A stretch of DNA of 41,929 nt from Acholeplasma sp. (lineage in GTDB: Bacteria; Bacillota_I; Bacilli_A; Acholeplasmatales; UBA5453), in NCBI GenBank assembly GCA_036677365.1, contig JAVBWN010000002.1, positions 1-41,929 of the forward strand. Reading direction: 5' to 3'. The translations under genes were made by a program, and so were the position numbers. The notes beneath the pieces are model-generated. The model ran no database searches. It saw only the letters and a list, made by a program, of their open reading frames with translations, and was not told the origin of the DNA. Position 1 is the stretch's first letter, and each line of letters starts with the position of its first letter. Below, piece after piece: positions 1 through 9,192 of this stretch.

Positions 1-5
1 AGATG

Positions 6-113
6 TCTGGTGACGATGGCGAAGTGGACACACCTGTTCCCATCCCGAACACAGAAGTTAAGCACTTCAGCGCCGAAAATAGTACAATGTGCGAAGATAG
101 GTCGTTGCCAGGC
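6..113 (+). rRNA. rrf: 5S ribosomal RNA (end of rRNA operon)
   Basis: TCTGGTGACGATGGC...CACCTGTTCCCATCCCGAACACAGAAGTTAAGC...GTCGTTGCCAGGC; the 5' and 3' ends pair; ~108 nt. Confidence 0.96.
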
Positions 114-127
114 AAATCTTAATAACC

Positions 128-204
128 GCCTAAATAGCTCAGTTGGTTAGAGCACCTGACTGTTAATCAGGGGGTCCTAGGTTCGAGTCCTAGTTTGGGC
201 GCCA
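128..204 (+). tRNA. tRNA-Asn (GTT)
   Basis: Acceptor stem GCCTAAA/TTTGGGC, anticodon arm CCTGA-CTGTTAA-TCAGG, GGTTCGAGTCC T-arm, encoded CCA. Confidence 0.97.
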
Positions 205-217
205 CTCTTTAACAGTT

Positions 218-243
218 AAACAGCTATTAGGCTGTTTTTTTTT
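218..243 (+). terminator. Intrinsic terminator of rRNA/tRNA transcript
   Basis: AAACAGC-tatta-gGCTGTTT hairpin followed by a long T tract. Confidence 0.75.
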
Positions 244-312
244 CATTTTTTTGAACTTCCATCTTTTCAAAATATTTTATTATGTTATAATAAACATGCG
301 AGAAACGAATTT

Positions 313-389
313 GCCTAAATAGCTCAGTTGGTTAGAGCACCTGACTGTTAATCAGGGGGTCCTAGGTTCGAGTCCTAGTTTGGGCGCCA
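313..389 (+). tRNA. tRNA-Asn (GTT), identical second copy
   Basis: Identical to 128-204; preceded by an extended -10 (TGTTATAAT, ~283-291) and followed by hairpin ACGACC..GGTCGT plus T tract (401-428). Confidence 0.97.
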
Positions 390-491
390 TCAGCCATTTT
401 ACGACCGATTATGAGGTCGTTTTATTTTGAGTATTGACTTTGAAACGGTTAAGAAATACAATTGAAGCAATTGTTAAGGATTAATTAAGAA

Positions 492-1385
492 ATGGATGTG
501 TGTCTTTTGGATGCTTATATCAACCCCAATTTAAAGAAAATCATCGAAGAAATCACCGCTTACGATGAGATGTATGATTTGATTCGCATGGTCGATCCGA
601 TTCAAAAAAAGGTATTATCTTATGATCAAAACGCATGGCATATCGAACCTGGCTTTTGTTATGATGTATATGAAGAAGGACATATTTGTAAAAACTGTGT
701 TTCAATCCGGGCACTTAATACCGATAGAACCGCCATTAAAACCCAATTTGTGAAAGATAAATTGCATATGGTTACCGCAGTACCCATCGAATTTGAAGGC
801 AGAAAAATTGTTTTTGAACTGTTCAAAGACATCGCAGACTCTCAAGATTTGTTGCAAGAACAACTCAAGGAGATGCAATCCCTCATCTTGAAAACCAATG
901 AACTATTGGTGACCGATGTTTTGACCAATATTTATAACAGACGATTCATTGAAGAACGTCTACCAGTGGATTTCGCCACACACCAAACCCTAGGCATCGA
1001 AGCTCAAATTGTCATGATTGATATTGATTTTTTCAAACTAGTCAACGATCAATACGGCCATCTGATGGGTGATAAAGTATTAAAAGATGTCGCTAGATTG
1101 ATGAAACAAGCCTTCAGTGAAACAGAAATCATCGCGAGATATGGCGGCGAAGAATTCTTAATATACGACCCTAGACCAATGGAAGAAACACTCAAATCCA
1201 CAGAAATTTTTAGAAAAAATGTGGAGACTTACCCGTTCGTTTATGAGAATAAAATCATCCATATCACCATATCTGCAGGCATTCAAACCGTCGGTAAGGC
1301 ATCACCAAAAGCCGCGATTCAAAGCGCAGATGAGAAGTTGTATGTCGCAAAATCAACCGGTAGAAACCGTATCATTAGTGCATAA
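492..1385 (+). CDS. Diguanylate cyclase (GGDEF domain) with N-terminal Cys-containing sensor region
   Basis: TDVLTNIYNRR, MIDIDFFKLVNDQYGHLMGD, RYGGEEF, KSTGRN motifs; N-terminal CY...C..CVS. Confidence 0.92.
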   Translation: MDVCLLDAYINPNLKKIIEEITAYDEMYDLIRMVDPIQKKVLSYDQNAWHIEPGFCYDVYEEGHICKNCVSIRALNTDRTAIKTQFVKDKLHMVTAVPIEFEGRKIVFELFKDIADSQDLLQEQLKEMQSLILKTNELLVTDVLTNIYNRRFIEERLPVDFATHQTLGIEAQIVMIDIDFFKLVNDQYGHLMGDKVLKDVARLMKQAFSETEIIARYGGEEFLIYDPRPMEETLKSTEIFRKNVETYPFVYENKIIHITISAGIQTVGKASPKAAIQSADEKLYVAKSTGRNRIISA

Positions 1386-1389
1386 AAGT

Positions 1390-1423
1390 AGCGTTAGGAG
1401 ACCGTCTTCTAACGTTTTTATTT
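1390..1423 (+). terminator. Intrinsic terminator
   Basis: AGCGTTAGGAG-accgt-CTTCTAACGTT plus T-rich tail. Confidence 0.65.
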
Positions 1424-1468
1424 TAAACAAGTGGGTTTTCAGTTATAATGGTATTTAGGAGCGAATCT

Positions 1469-2479
1469 ATGAGAAAAAACATCGTTACGGTTGCGAAAGA
1501 ACTGAATCTAGCCCCCTCTACCGTTTCTAAGGTATTAAACAACAACGGTAAGGTGAGTCAAAAAACAAGAGACCGCGTCATGGCCTATGTCAAAGAGGTC
1601 GGTTATTTTCAAGATGCTTCTGCACGTATATTAAAAAGTAAAAGAAGTTATACCTTAGGGATTCTATTTTCGGACATCTCTTTGGTCGGGTTAGAACACC
1701 CCTTTTTCTCAAGCATTTTACAATCCTTTAAAAACTATGTAGAAAAAGAAGCTTACGAAATCATTTTCGTCGTCAGTAAAGTCGGCGAAAGAGAAATGAG
1801 CTACTTAGAATGGTGCTTAACCAAAAAAGTCGATGGCGTTTTACTTGTATCAGGTAACCTGAATAACCCATACATCAAAGAATTGGTTGCGAGTGATATC
1901 CCATGTGTTTCGACGGACTTCATCATGCCCAACTTAACGACCATCATTTCGGATAATCAACAAGGCATCGATTTATCGGTAGCTTATGCAAAATCCTTAA
2001 AGCGATCCAAAATCGATATGATCGCTGGACCATCCACATCCATCGCGTTCCAATTGCGTATGGACCGTTTCCATGAAGTCATGAATAAATCTAAGAACCC
2101 ATACTTTGTAATCGAAGCGAAAGGGTTCGGGTACCAATCAGGTTATGACGCAGCGATCCGATTACTCGAACAAGCCACACGTACCCCTGAGTATGTCATC
2201 GTAGGTTCTGATGATTTAGCCTTTGGTGCGATTCGTGGGTTTGAATCTAAAGGATTTAAAGTCCCCGATGACATCAGTGTGATTGGATTCGATGACATTA
2301 ATTTCGCGAGAATTTATTCCCCTGCCCTATCTACGATTAGACAAGACAAAAAAGCGATTGGGGAAATGGCTGCACTTAAACTGATTCAAATGATTCAGGA
2401 AAAAGAACCGAAGAAGACTGAAGTAATCAAAATCCCGGTGACAATAATCGAAAGAGCTTCGACAAAAATAAAAAATTAG
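1469..2479 (+). CDS. LacI-family transcriptional regulator
   Basis: N-terminal HTH (VAKELNLAPSTVSKVLNN), C-terminal VPDDISVIGFDD/PALSTIRQD; start moved to ATG 1469 behind AGGAG. Confidence 0.94.
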   Translation: MRKNIVTVAKELNLAPSTVSKVLNNNGKVSQKTRDRVMAYVKEVGYFQDASARILKSKRSYTLGILFSDISLVGLEHPFFSSILQSFKNYVEKEAYEIIFVVSKVGEREMSYLEWCLTKKVDGVLLVSGNLNNPYIKELVASDIPCVSTDFIMPNLTTIISDNQQGIDLSVAYAKSLKRSKIDMIAGPSTSIAFQLRMDRFHEVMNKSKNPYFVIEAKGFGYQSGYDAAIRLLEQATRTPEYVIVGSDDLAFGAIRGFESKGFKVPDDISVIGFDDINFARIYSPALSTIRQDKKAIGEMAALKLIQMIQEKEPKKTEVIKIPVTIIERASTKIKN

Positions 2480-2487
2480 CCTGGGTG

Positions 2488-2516
2488 TTGACATTGCATA
2501 AAATACCCTATATAAT
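2488..2516 (+). promoter_or_regulatory. Consensus SigA promoter
   Basis: TTGACA (2488-2493), 17 bp spacer, TATAAT (2511-2516). Confidence 0.9.
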
Positions 2517-2574
2517 GTAAGCGTATTCTAATAGGTAACCGATTTCACGTCAGTTACTTATATTTTAGGCAAAA

Positions 2575-2592
2575 AAGGAAATCGTTTTCCTT
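2575..2592. promoter_or_regulatory. LacI-type operator (1 mismatch)
   Basis: AAGGAAATCGTTTTCCTT near-palindrome with central CG. Confidence 0.75.
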
Positions 2593-2631
2593 AAAGTAAA
2601 ATAAGTAGAATGCGTCTTTTTTTACCTAAAA

Positions 2632-2649
2632 AGGGAAAACGTTTTCCCT
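2632..2649. promoter_or_regulatory. LacI-type operator (perfect palindrome)
   Basis: AGGGAAAACGTTTTCCCT, perfect 18-bp palindrome with central CG, just upstream of RBS GGAGG. Confidence 0.82.
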
Positions 2650-2671
2650 AAGACTAAATGGAGGAAAAAAC

Positions 2672-5368
2672 ATGAAAAAAGTATTCATCATTCTCGCCTT
2701 TTTGGGGCTCGTTTTGGGGCTTCAAAAACCAGTGAATGCGGCCGATGATCGTCCAATCATCAGCGCGACCCAAAATGCCATATTGGCGAATGTGGGCGAT
2801 GTGATTGATTTGAATGATTATGTGTATCAGCACAACGCAACCTCATTCGTTGAATTCAATCAAGTTACGTTGACGGGATTCTCAGATGGGATCGTACTGT
2901 CTGGTCAAGAAATCACAGTCAATCAAAAGGGACAACACGCATTCTTATTACAATACCAGAGTGCCAACATTTATGTTTACGTGGTTGCCAAAGCAGCCAA
3001 CGAAACCGAATATATTTTATTTGAAACGGGTTTTGATGGTGTACCCAACGGTAAACTACCAAATGGTTATACCACAGTTTCCGGTAGCGCTGGCATTCAA
3101 AGCGAACAACTATTGGTTGCGGGTCGGGGTGGTAGTACATTGGTTACCTTACCAAACTACCTCAGAAGCTTCATGAATTACATCATCGAAGTGGATATGA
3201 CCATCGTTGAAGTTGATAACGATTCCCGTTGGGCAAGTGTCATGTTTAGGTACTCAACAGAAAACTATTATCAAATGGCGATACGTAAAGACGCCACATT
3301 GGCCAATGGGGTTGAGTTTGCGAAAAGAATCAATGGGGCTTGGAATGTCACCAACACAGCAGCGTTTACTGAAGCATTATCACCAGCTAAAATGTACAGT
3401 CTAAAAATCGATGTCTTAGACGCGACCGTTAAGGAGTACATCAATGATCAATTGTTCATTACCCACGAACAAGCCCTTGAGTATAAACGTGGTCTGATTG
3501 GGGTTCAAGCAAACGGTGCGAATGCCGTATTTGATAACTTCAAAATTACTTTACCTGAAAGCTACATCCGTACGGAAACATTTGAATTTACCCGTATCCC
3601 AACCATTTATGAACCAAACACGAAGATTGTGAATCCAGCCAGTATCATCACACCATTAGAATCATCAGCACAACTTCAATCTTACACATCCAAGCGTCCA
3701 GCGACTTTGATTTTAAATGTGAACGCAGAGATGGATGTCGTCGATAGTGCGAATGTTAAAATCGATTCATTGTACAATGTGTTGATTGCGATGGATGGTA
3801 AGCTCATCCCAGCGTTTGCAGTAGAAGACTCAACTTTGGCTGTAGAGATAGCGGAGCGCATTAAACTATGGGGTATCCTCGATGTGTTCTTCATTTCGAC
3901 TCAAAAAGACGTCATCTTGGCTGCCCGCGGCGAGTATGAGATGATCCGCGGGGTTTTGGATTTATCGAGCCGTTCATTTAATACACAAACTGACTTAGAT
4001 CAAATTAGAAAAGATACCAACAGTGCACAAAGTGTGGCTGTCATCTTAAATCCACTCGATTTAGAAAAAAATCACGTCAATTATCTTCAACAACGTTTAG
4101 TTACCGTTTGGTCATTGGCGGATGATACCCATGAAAGCCGATGGAATGTATTGTTGTCTGGTGCCAATGGCATCATTACACCAAACCCAATGGCTGTAAT
4201 TGATTTATATGAGACCTTTACCACAACCACCCATTTAAGAGAAGTGTTCATCATCGCTCACCGTGGGTTACATAACGGTTATACCGAATCTTCAGGACCT
4301 GAAAACTCCATCGAGGTTGCACTTCAAGCGTACCAAAATGGTGCGAAGATCATTGAAACCGATGTCCATTTAACCTTCGATGAAGAAGTGGTTGTTATGC
4401 ACGATACCACGACAGGCAGAACAGCCGCTCAAAACTTTACGGTTTCTGCACAACTGTTAGGTGCCTTAGAAAACATCCAATTATTAGATGTATCGAATAC
4501 CGGCAAGACATTCTATATTCCATCATTAGATAGCTATCTTGAAGCATTTAAAGATAAAGATGTTGTCCTATTTATTGAAGTTAAACCAACGAATATCAAG
4601 CTCCTTGAAAAAGTGAGAGACAAAGTATTGGAAAAAGACATGGAAAACAAAGTCGTGCTCATTCACTTTGGTGCTCAAAACATCCAAAACATGAAGAATG
4701 TGATGCCTACCATGGTCAATGGTTATTTGACAGGGGCGTTACTCAATTCCAATAGCATTCCAGATTCGATGCTCAGTGTTTTGACCTCCATCGTACCCAT
4801 GAAGTCTACGTTGAACCCATCGTATGGTCAACTCACCCCAGAATTCACCAAAGCGTTGACCCACCGTGGCATTACCGTATGGCCTTGGACCATCGATGAT
4901 GGCACCAGTTTAAGTTATTACTATAATGCCGGTGTCGGTGGCATTACGACCAACGTCTCAGATTATTTTAAAGACATGTACATGTATTTGAAGTATGAAT
5001 CAACCCAAATTGAAGTCATCAAAGGTGAACCATTCACCTTAGGTGGAGAACTTAAAACCAAAGGTGGATCGGTGTATCCATACCGTACAGAACTCGTCAT
5101 ACTTCGAAATGACGCCAATGCAACCTTCGACGCTTCCGGTAAATTGACTAGCGTAAATGACATTGGAGACGTGGTATTTTATACCAAAGCAATCTCAACA
5201 TTACCCAATGGTAACGTCATTGAAATTTATAGTGATCTCATGACCATCACGTTTGTTGAACCAAGCGCGAACCTTTGGCGTAACCCATGGATATATGTCG
5301 GATTCTCTGGCGTATCCGTATTGGCAGTAGGCATTTGGTTTACCCTCAAAAAGGTAACTAGAAAATAA
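2672..5368 (+). CDS. Secreted, C-terminally anchored glycerophosphodiester phosphodiesterase with ConA-like/DUF1080-type beta-sandwich domain
   Basis: Signal peptide (..PVNA), GLIGVQ..AVFDNFKI beta-sandwich end, IIAHRG..GPENS..IETDV..HD GDPD motifs, VWPWTID, C-terminal TM followed by KK. Confidence 0.85.
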   Translation: MKKVFIILAFLGLVLGLQKPVNAADDRPIISATQNAILANVGDVIDLNDYVYQHNATSFVEFNQVTLTGFSDGIVLSGQEITVNQKGQHAFLLQYQSANIYVYVVAKAANETEYILFETGFDGVPNGKLPNGYTTVSGSAGIQSEQLLVAGRGGSTLVTLPNYLRSFMNYIIEVDMTIVEVDNDSRWASVMFRYSTENYYQMAIRKDATLANGVEFAKRINGAWNVTNTAAFTEALSPAKMYSLKIDVLDATVKEYINDQLFITHEQALEYKRGLIGVQANGANAVFDNFKITLPESYIRTETFEFTRIPTIYEPNTKIVNPASIITPLESSAQLQSYTSKRPATLILNVNAEMDVVDSANVKIDSLYNVLIAMDGKLIPAFAVEDSTLAVEIAERIKLWGILDVFFISTQKDVILAARGEYEMIRGVLDLSSRSFNTQTDLDQIRKDTNSAQSVAVILNPLDLEKNHVNYLQQRLVTVWSLADDTHESRWNVLLSGANGIITPNPMAVIDLYETFTTTTHLREVFIIAHRGLHNGYTESSGPENSIEVALQAYQNGAKIIETDVHLTFDEEVVVMHDTTTGRTAAQNFTVSAQLLGALENIQLLDVSNTGKTFYIPSLDSYLEAFKDKDVVLFIEVKPTNIKLLEKVRDKVLEKDMENKVVLIHFGAQNIQNMKNVMPTMVNGYLTGALLNSNSIPDSMLSVLTSIVPMKSTLNPSYGQLTPEFTKALTHRGITVWPWTIDDGTSLSYYYNAGVGGITTNVSDYFKDMYMYLKYESTQIEVIKGEPFTLGGELKTKGGSVYPYRTELVILRNDANATFDASGKLTSVNDIGDVVFYTKAISTLPNGNVIEIYSDLMTITFVEPSANLWRNPWIYVGFSGVSVLAVGIWFTLKKVTRK

Positions 5369-5380
5369 AAGGAGAAAAAT

Positions 5381-7882
5381 ATGAAAAAATGGTTTGTCGT
5401 ATTATTCATCATGATGTTAGGATTCGTCCTAGCAGCATGTAATACCACGCCACCGGTGGAAGAAAAAGATACCATCGCGCCAATTTTAATTGGTGTCGCG
5501 GATGTATCCATTCAAAAAGGTCAAACATTTGACCCCCTCACTGGTGTTTCTGCAACCGATAACGTGGATGGCAATCTCACCGCTTCGATTGTGGTCACAG
5601 GTACAGTGGATCTTAATCAAACAGGTACCTATGTGCTTACTTATACCGTAACAGACGCTGCTGGCAATAAAACAGAGCGCGAAAGAACGGTTACCATCAC
5701 AGAAGTATTCCTATCAGACTTGAGAATATTGAATGGGGACTTCGGTCAACAACTCGCAGGCACTTGGACCCATTGGGCTGGTGAAGGTGGCGCATCCACC
5801 GTGTCCATCGTGAATGGTGAGGCTGTCATTGACATCACAGCCAATGGTAATCAATGGTATTCAACACAGTTTAACCAAGGTGGTTTGACCATCACCCAAG
5901 GCAAGATGTACCGCATTGAATTTGAAGGTCGTGCCGATCAAGCCAGAGGCATTGTTGTGAAGATAGAAAACTCGGCTTACCAAGGCTATATCGATGAAAC
6001 CGTCAGCTTAACGACTGTCATGACAAAATATTCATTTGAATTTTTCGTGACCAGACCGACCATCACCAATGGTAAATTGGTCATTGGTGCAGGTACCATG
6101 GCATCCCGTGGGTTAGACGCAGGTGCATTGACCAAAGTGTATTTGGATAATTTCGTTGTCACCGAAGTCGACCCAGGTGTGGACGATGTATTACCAATCA
6201 TCCAGGGTGCAACACCGAAGATCATCGAAGTGAATCAAGCCTTTGATCCACTCGAAGGCATCACGGTATCAGACAATAGAGACTTCAATTTAACCCCTGC
6301 AAACATCGTCATCACTGGGACATTAGATATCACTACCCCAGGGGATTACGTGTTGACTTATACGCTAACAGACGCAGCAGGCAACACTGCAGTCGTGGAA
6401 AGAACGGTGACTGTCTTAGCTGGTTTAGTACCATCCACTTGGTTGGTGGTCAATGGCGACTTTGAAACCGAACAACTCACACCACTCCCACAACCTGCAG
6501 AAACCGGTTGGGGTTGGCATGGTGCTGGCGCATTCACCGCGAAGATTGAAGGCGGTATGGCCATCATCAACATCACAAACCCAGGTACTGTCGTTCACGG
6601 GGTACAATTCTATCAACAAAACAGAGTCATCGAACAAGGTCAAATCTACAAGATTACATTTGATGCGAAATCCGATATTCCTAGACCAATCATGGTTGCT
6701 TTAGAACAAGGTACGACCCGTCGTTATGACGAAATCGTGTTCTTAACTTCTGAGTGGCAAACATTTGAAATCCAAATCGAGTTCGTCCTTACAGGGTTCA
6801 CCAATGGTAAGTTCGCCTTCTTCATGGGCGATATTGGGTCAACCTCTGTACCAACAACCGTATACTTGGATAATATTGAAGTTGAAACCGTGCGTAACTT
6901 GGTAGATACCACGGCCCCACAACTCTTTGGATTAGACGATTACTATGTCTTAAAGAATTCTACATTCAATCCACTTCAAGGTGTGACGATTCGCGATAAC
7001 TATGACAGAACATTAACAAATGATCACATCGTTGTTACAGGTTCCGTCAATACCGCGGTGGCTGGCGAATACACACTCACTTATACCATTAAAGATGCAG
7101 CCAACAACGAAGCGGTTTACACCAGAAAAGTAGAAGTGATTGAAAGCGCTGAAATGCTTTCGAATACGTTCGTGCTGGTCAATAACGATTTTGCTATTGA
7201 TCAACTCACCCCAATGGCACAACCAGCAACCACAGGTTGGGGTTGGCATGGGGCAGGGACATTCACGATTGCGATTCAAAATGGCATCGCAACGATCAAT
7301 GTCACCAACCCAGGTACTGTCCCTCATGGGGTTCAATTCTACATGCAAAACCGTGTCATTGAAACCGGGGCAACTTATCGATTAACCTTTAAAGCCAAAG
7401 TCGATATCGCAAGAAGCTTCAGATTGTCCCTTGAAGCAGGTACAGATGTGCGCTTCTTCCAAATCATCGATGTCACAACCGAATGGGCAACGTATGAAGT
7501 ATTCATGACCCCAAGTGGTGGTGGATTCTCGAATGGTAAGCTCGGATTCTTCATGGGTTATATCGATGAAACTTCTGTAGCAACCACGTTCTACTTAGAT
7601 GACATCAACATCGAATTGGTCGGATATCGTCAAGATACCGTGAAGCCATTCATCTTTGGTGCCAATAACGCTGAAGTGGTCAAAGGCACAGCCTTTAACC
7701 CACTCACAGGTGTGTCTGTATTTGATAACCAAGACAAAACATTACTTCCTGCCAGCATCGTCGTAACGGGTACAGTCGATACCGATACAGTAGGTGTTTA
7801 TACACTCACTTACACACTGACCGACAGACAAGGCAATCAAACGGTAGTTGAACGTGTCATTACCGTCATTAACAACGTATAA
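5381..7882 (+). CDS. Surface lipoprotein with four Ig-like (DUF5011-type) repeats alternating with three CBM4/9-like domains
   Basis: Lipobox LAAC; four repeats of F[DN]PL.GV...D..D......I.V.G.[VL][DN]....G.Y.LTYT.[TK]D..[GN]N; three NGDF/NNDF...YLD[ND] carbohydrate-binding modules. Confidence 0.82.
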   Translation: MKKWFVVLFIMMLGFVLAACNTTPPVEEKDTIAPILIGVADVSIQKGQTFDPLTGVSATDNVDGNLTASIVVTGTVDLNQTGTYVLTYTVTDAAGNKTERERTVTITEVFLSDLRILNGDFGQQLAGTWTHWAGEGGASTVSIVNGEAVIDITANGNQWYSTQFNQGGLTITQGKMYRIEFEGRADQARGIVVKIENSAYQGYIDETVSLTTVMTKYSFEFFVTRPTITNGKLVIGAGTMASRGLDAGALTKVYLDNFVVTEVDPGVDDVLPIIQGATPKIIEVNQAFDPLEGITVSDNRDFNLTPANIVITGTLDITTPGDYVLTYTLTDAAGNTAVVERTVTVLAGLVPSTWLVVNGDFETEQLTPLPQPAETGWGWHGAGAFTAKIEGGMAIINITNPGTVVHGVQFYQQNRVIEQGQIYKITFDAKSDIPRPIMVALEQGTTRRYDEIVFLTSEWQTFEIQIEFVLTGFTNGKFAFFMGDIGSTSVPTTVYLDNIEVETVRNLVDTTAPQLFGLDDYYVLKNSTFNPLQGVTIRDNYDRTLTNDHIVVTGSVNTAVAGEYTLTYTIKDAANNEAVYTRKVEVIESAEMLSNTFVLVNNDFAIDQLTPMAQPATTGWGWHGAGTFTIAIQNGIATINVTNPGTVPHGVQFYMQNRVIETGATYRLTFKAKVDIARSFRLSLEAGTDVRFFQIIDVTTEWATYEVFMTPSGGGFSNGKLGFFMGYIDETSVATTFYLDDINIELVGYRQDTVKPFIFGANNAEVVKGTAFNPLTGVSVFDNQDKTLLPASIVVTGTVDTDTVGVYTLTYTLTDRQGNQTVVERVITVINNV

Positions 7883-7910
7883 TTGTTATTAGAAACATAC
7901 TTCCTCTCTT

Positions 7911-7943
7911 GAAAAGGTGTGAAATTTCACACCTTTTCTCTTT
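7911..7943 (+). terminator. Intrinsic terminator
   Basis: Perfect inverted repeat GAAAAGGTGTGAAATTTCACACCTTTTC followed by TCTTTT. Confidence 0.8.
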
Positions 7944-8018
7944 TGGAAATCACTTTCAAAGGGGTTATCGTGGCTTAGTTCACCAACTTGTTATATAATT
8001 TAGACAAGAGGTGAACTT

Positions 8019-8459
8019 ATGAAATACATTCGACAATTTATCCACATCACCATCACCTTTTTCAAGGCCATCATTCGACTCATCATTGGGTTGAAAACAC
8101 CTAAAGGGTTATTGGCTTTGTTTTTAGCCTTGCTCCTTTATTATGGTTGGGCAATCGCATTTATTGTGTATGGCACCATCCTAAAAGACCCTTGGTTCAT
8201 CTCCATTGGTACCTCGGTGGTTGTCTTCTGGATGGCCCCACTCACCCCATTTTGGGCACTGACCATCTTTACCACTTTATTCATTCAAAGGGTCATTTTA
8301 AGAGATCAAAAAACCCAGTCATTTAGAAAAATATATAATATGTATTTGGGTGAATCGAAAACCAAATCCGATGTAAAACTCATCGCGTTGGTAGAAGAAA
8401 AAACCGATTTCGCCGACCCAACCCAAGCAGAACTCGAAGCATCCAAAAAACAGGATTAA
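8019..8459 (+). CDS. Hypothetical membrane protein
   Basis: RBS GAGGTG, 2-3 hydrophobic segments. Confidence 0.7.
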   Translation: MKYIRQFIHITITFFKAIIRLIIGLKTPKGLLALFLALLLYYGWAIAFIVYGTILKDPWFISIGTSVVVFWMAPLTPFWALTIFTTLFIQRVILRDQKTQSFRKIYNMYLGESKTKSDVKLIALVEEKTDFADPTQAELEASKKQD

Positions 8460-8496
8460 CCCATTTATGATACAATACCATTAGGAGGACACTCAC

Positions 8497-8823
8497 ATGG
8501 AATATATCAAACAGGCACATCAAATTTATGGATTAAATGAAGCAAGACAAGTCATCGCTGAAGTCAAGTTTCCAATAACTACTGGACACATCGTAGAAAT
8601 TAACCGGACGTATGTCGATCCATCACTGCGTGGTCAAGGGGTAGCGAACGAACTTTTAGTCATGGCGTATGAAACGATTAAAGCCCACGGCTATAAAGCG
8701 ATTCCAACCTGCAGTTACGCCGTTACTTGGTTTAAAAGAAACAAGGATAAACACGATATTTTATTGGAAGGTATCGATTTAGATAACCCAGAATTATTGT
8801 ATAACGAAGTTTGTAGCCGGTAA
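8497..8823 (+). CDS. GNAT family N-acetyltransferase (YjdJ-like)
   Basis: INRTYVDPSLRGQGVA..L, IPTCSYA motifs; RBS AGGAGG. Confidence 0.88.
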   Translation: MEYIKQAHQIYGLNEARQVIAEVKFPITTGHIVEINRTYVDPSLRGQGVANELLVMAYETIKAHGYKAIPTCSYAVTWFKRNKDKHDILLEGIDLDNPELLYNEVCSR

Positions 8824-8833
8824 GGAGGACCCT

Positions 8834-9103
8834 ATGGATTTTATTACCGAAAGAAACATGATTTATGTTTGTAGCGATGAGAAAATCGTTGCAGAAGTGA
8901 CTTTTCCTAACATCGATGACACAACCGTTGACATCAATCATACATTTGTTGACCCATCTTTAAGGGGTCAAGGTATGGCAGGTAAGCTTCTCATTTTGGC
9001 GTATGAAGCGATTAAACAACAAGGGTATAAAGCCGTGGTTACCTGTCCTTACGCAATCAAGTTTTTCAAAGAAAATAAAGCCTATCAAGACATCCTAAAG
9101 TGA
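8834..9103 (+). CDS. GNAT family N-acetyltransferase (YjdJ-like), tandem paralog
   Basis: INHTFVDPSLRGQGMAGKL, VTCPYA; RBS AAGGAGG. Confidence 0.9.
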   Translation: MDFITERNMIYVCSDEKIVAEVTFPNIDDTTVDINHTFVDPSLRGQGMAGKLLILAYEAIKQQGYKAVVTCPYAIKFFKENKAYQDILK

Positions 9104-9127
9104 GAACTTAACCGTTCTCATTTTTTT
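9101..9127 (+). terminator. Intrinsic terminator
   Basis: TGAGAAC-ttaacc-GTTCTCA plus T7. Confidence 0.7.
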
Positions 9128-9192
9128 GAGGATAGGGGTATTTTTACATACCGTTGTGTTATAATACAAAATAGATTTGGTTGAGGTTACCT

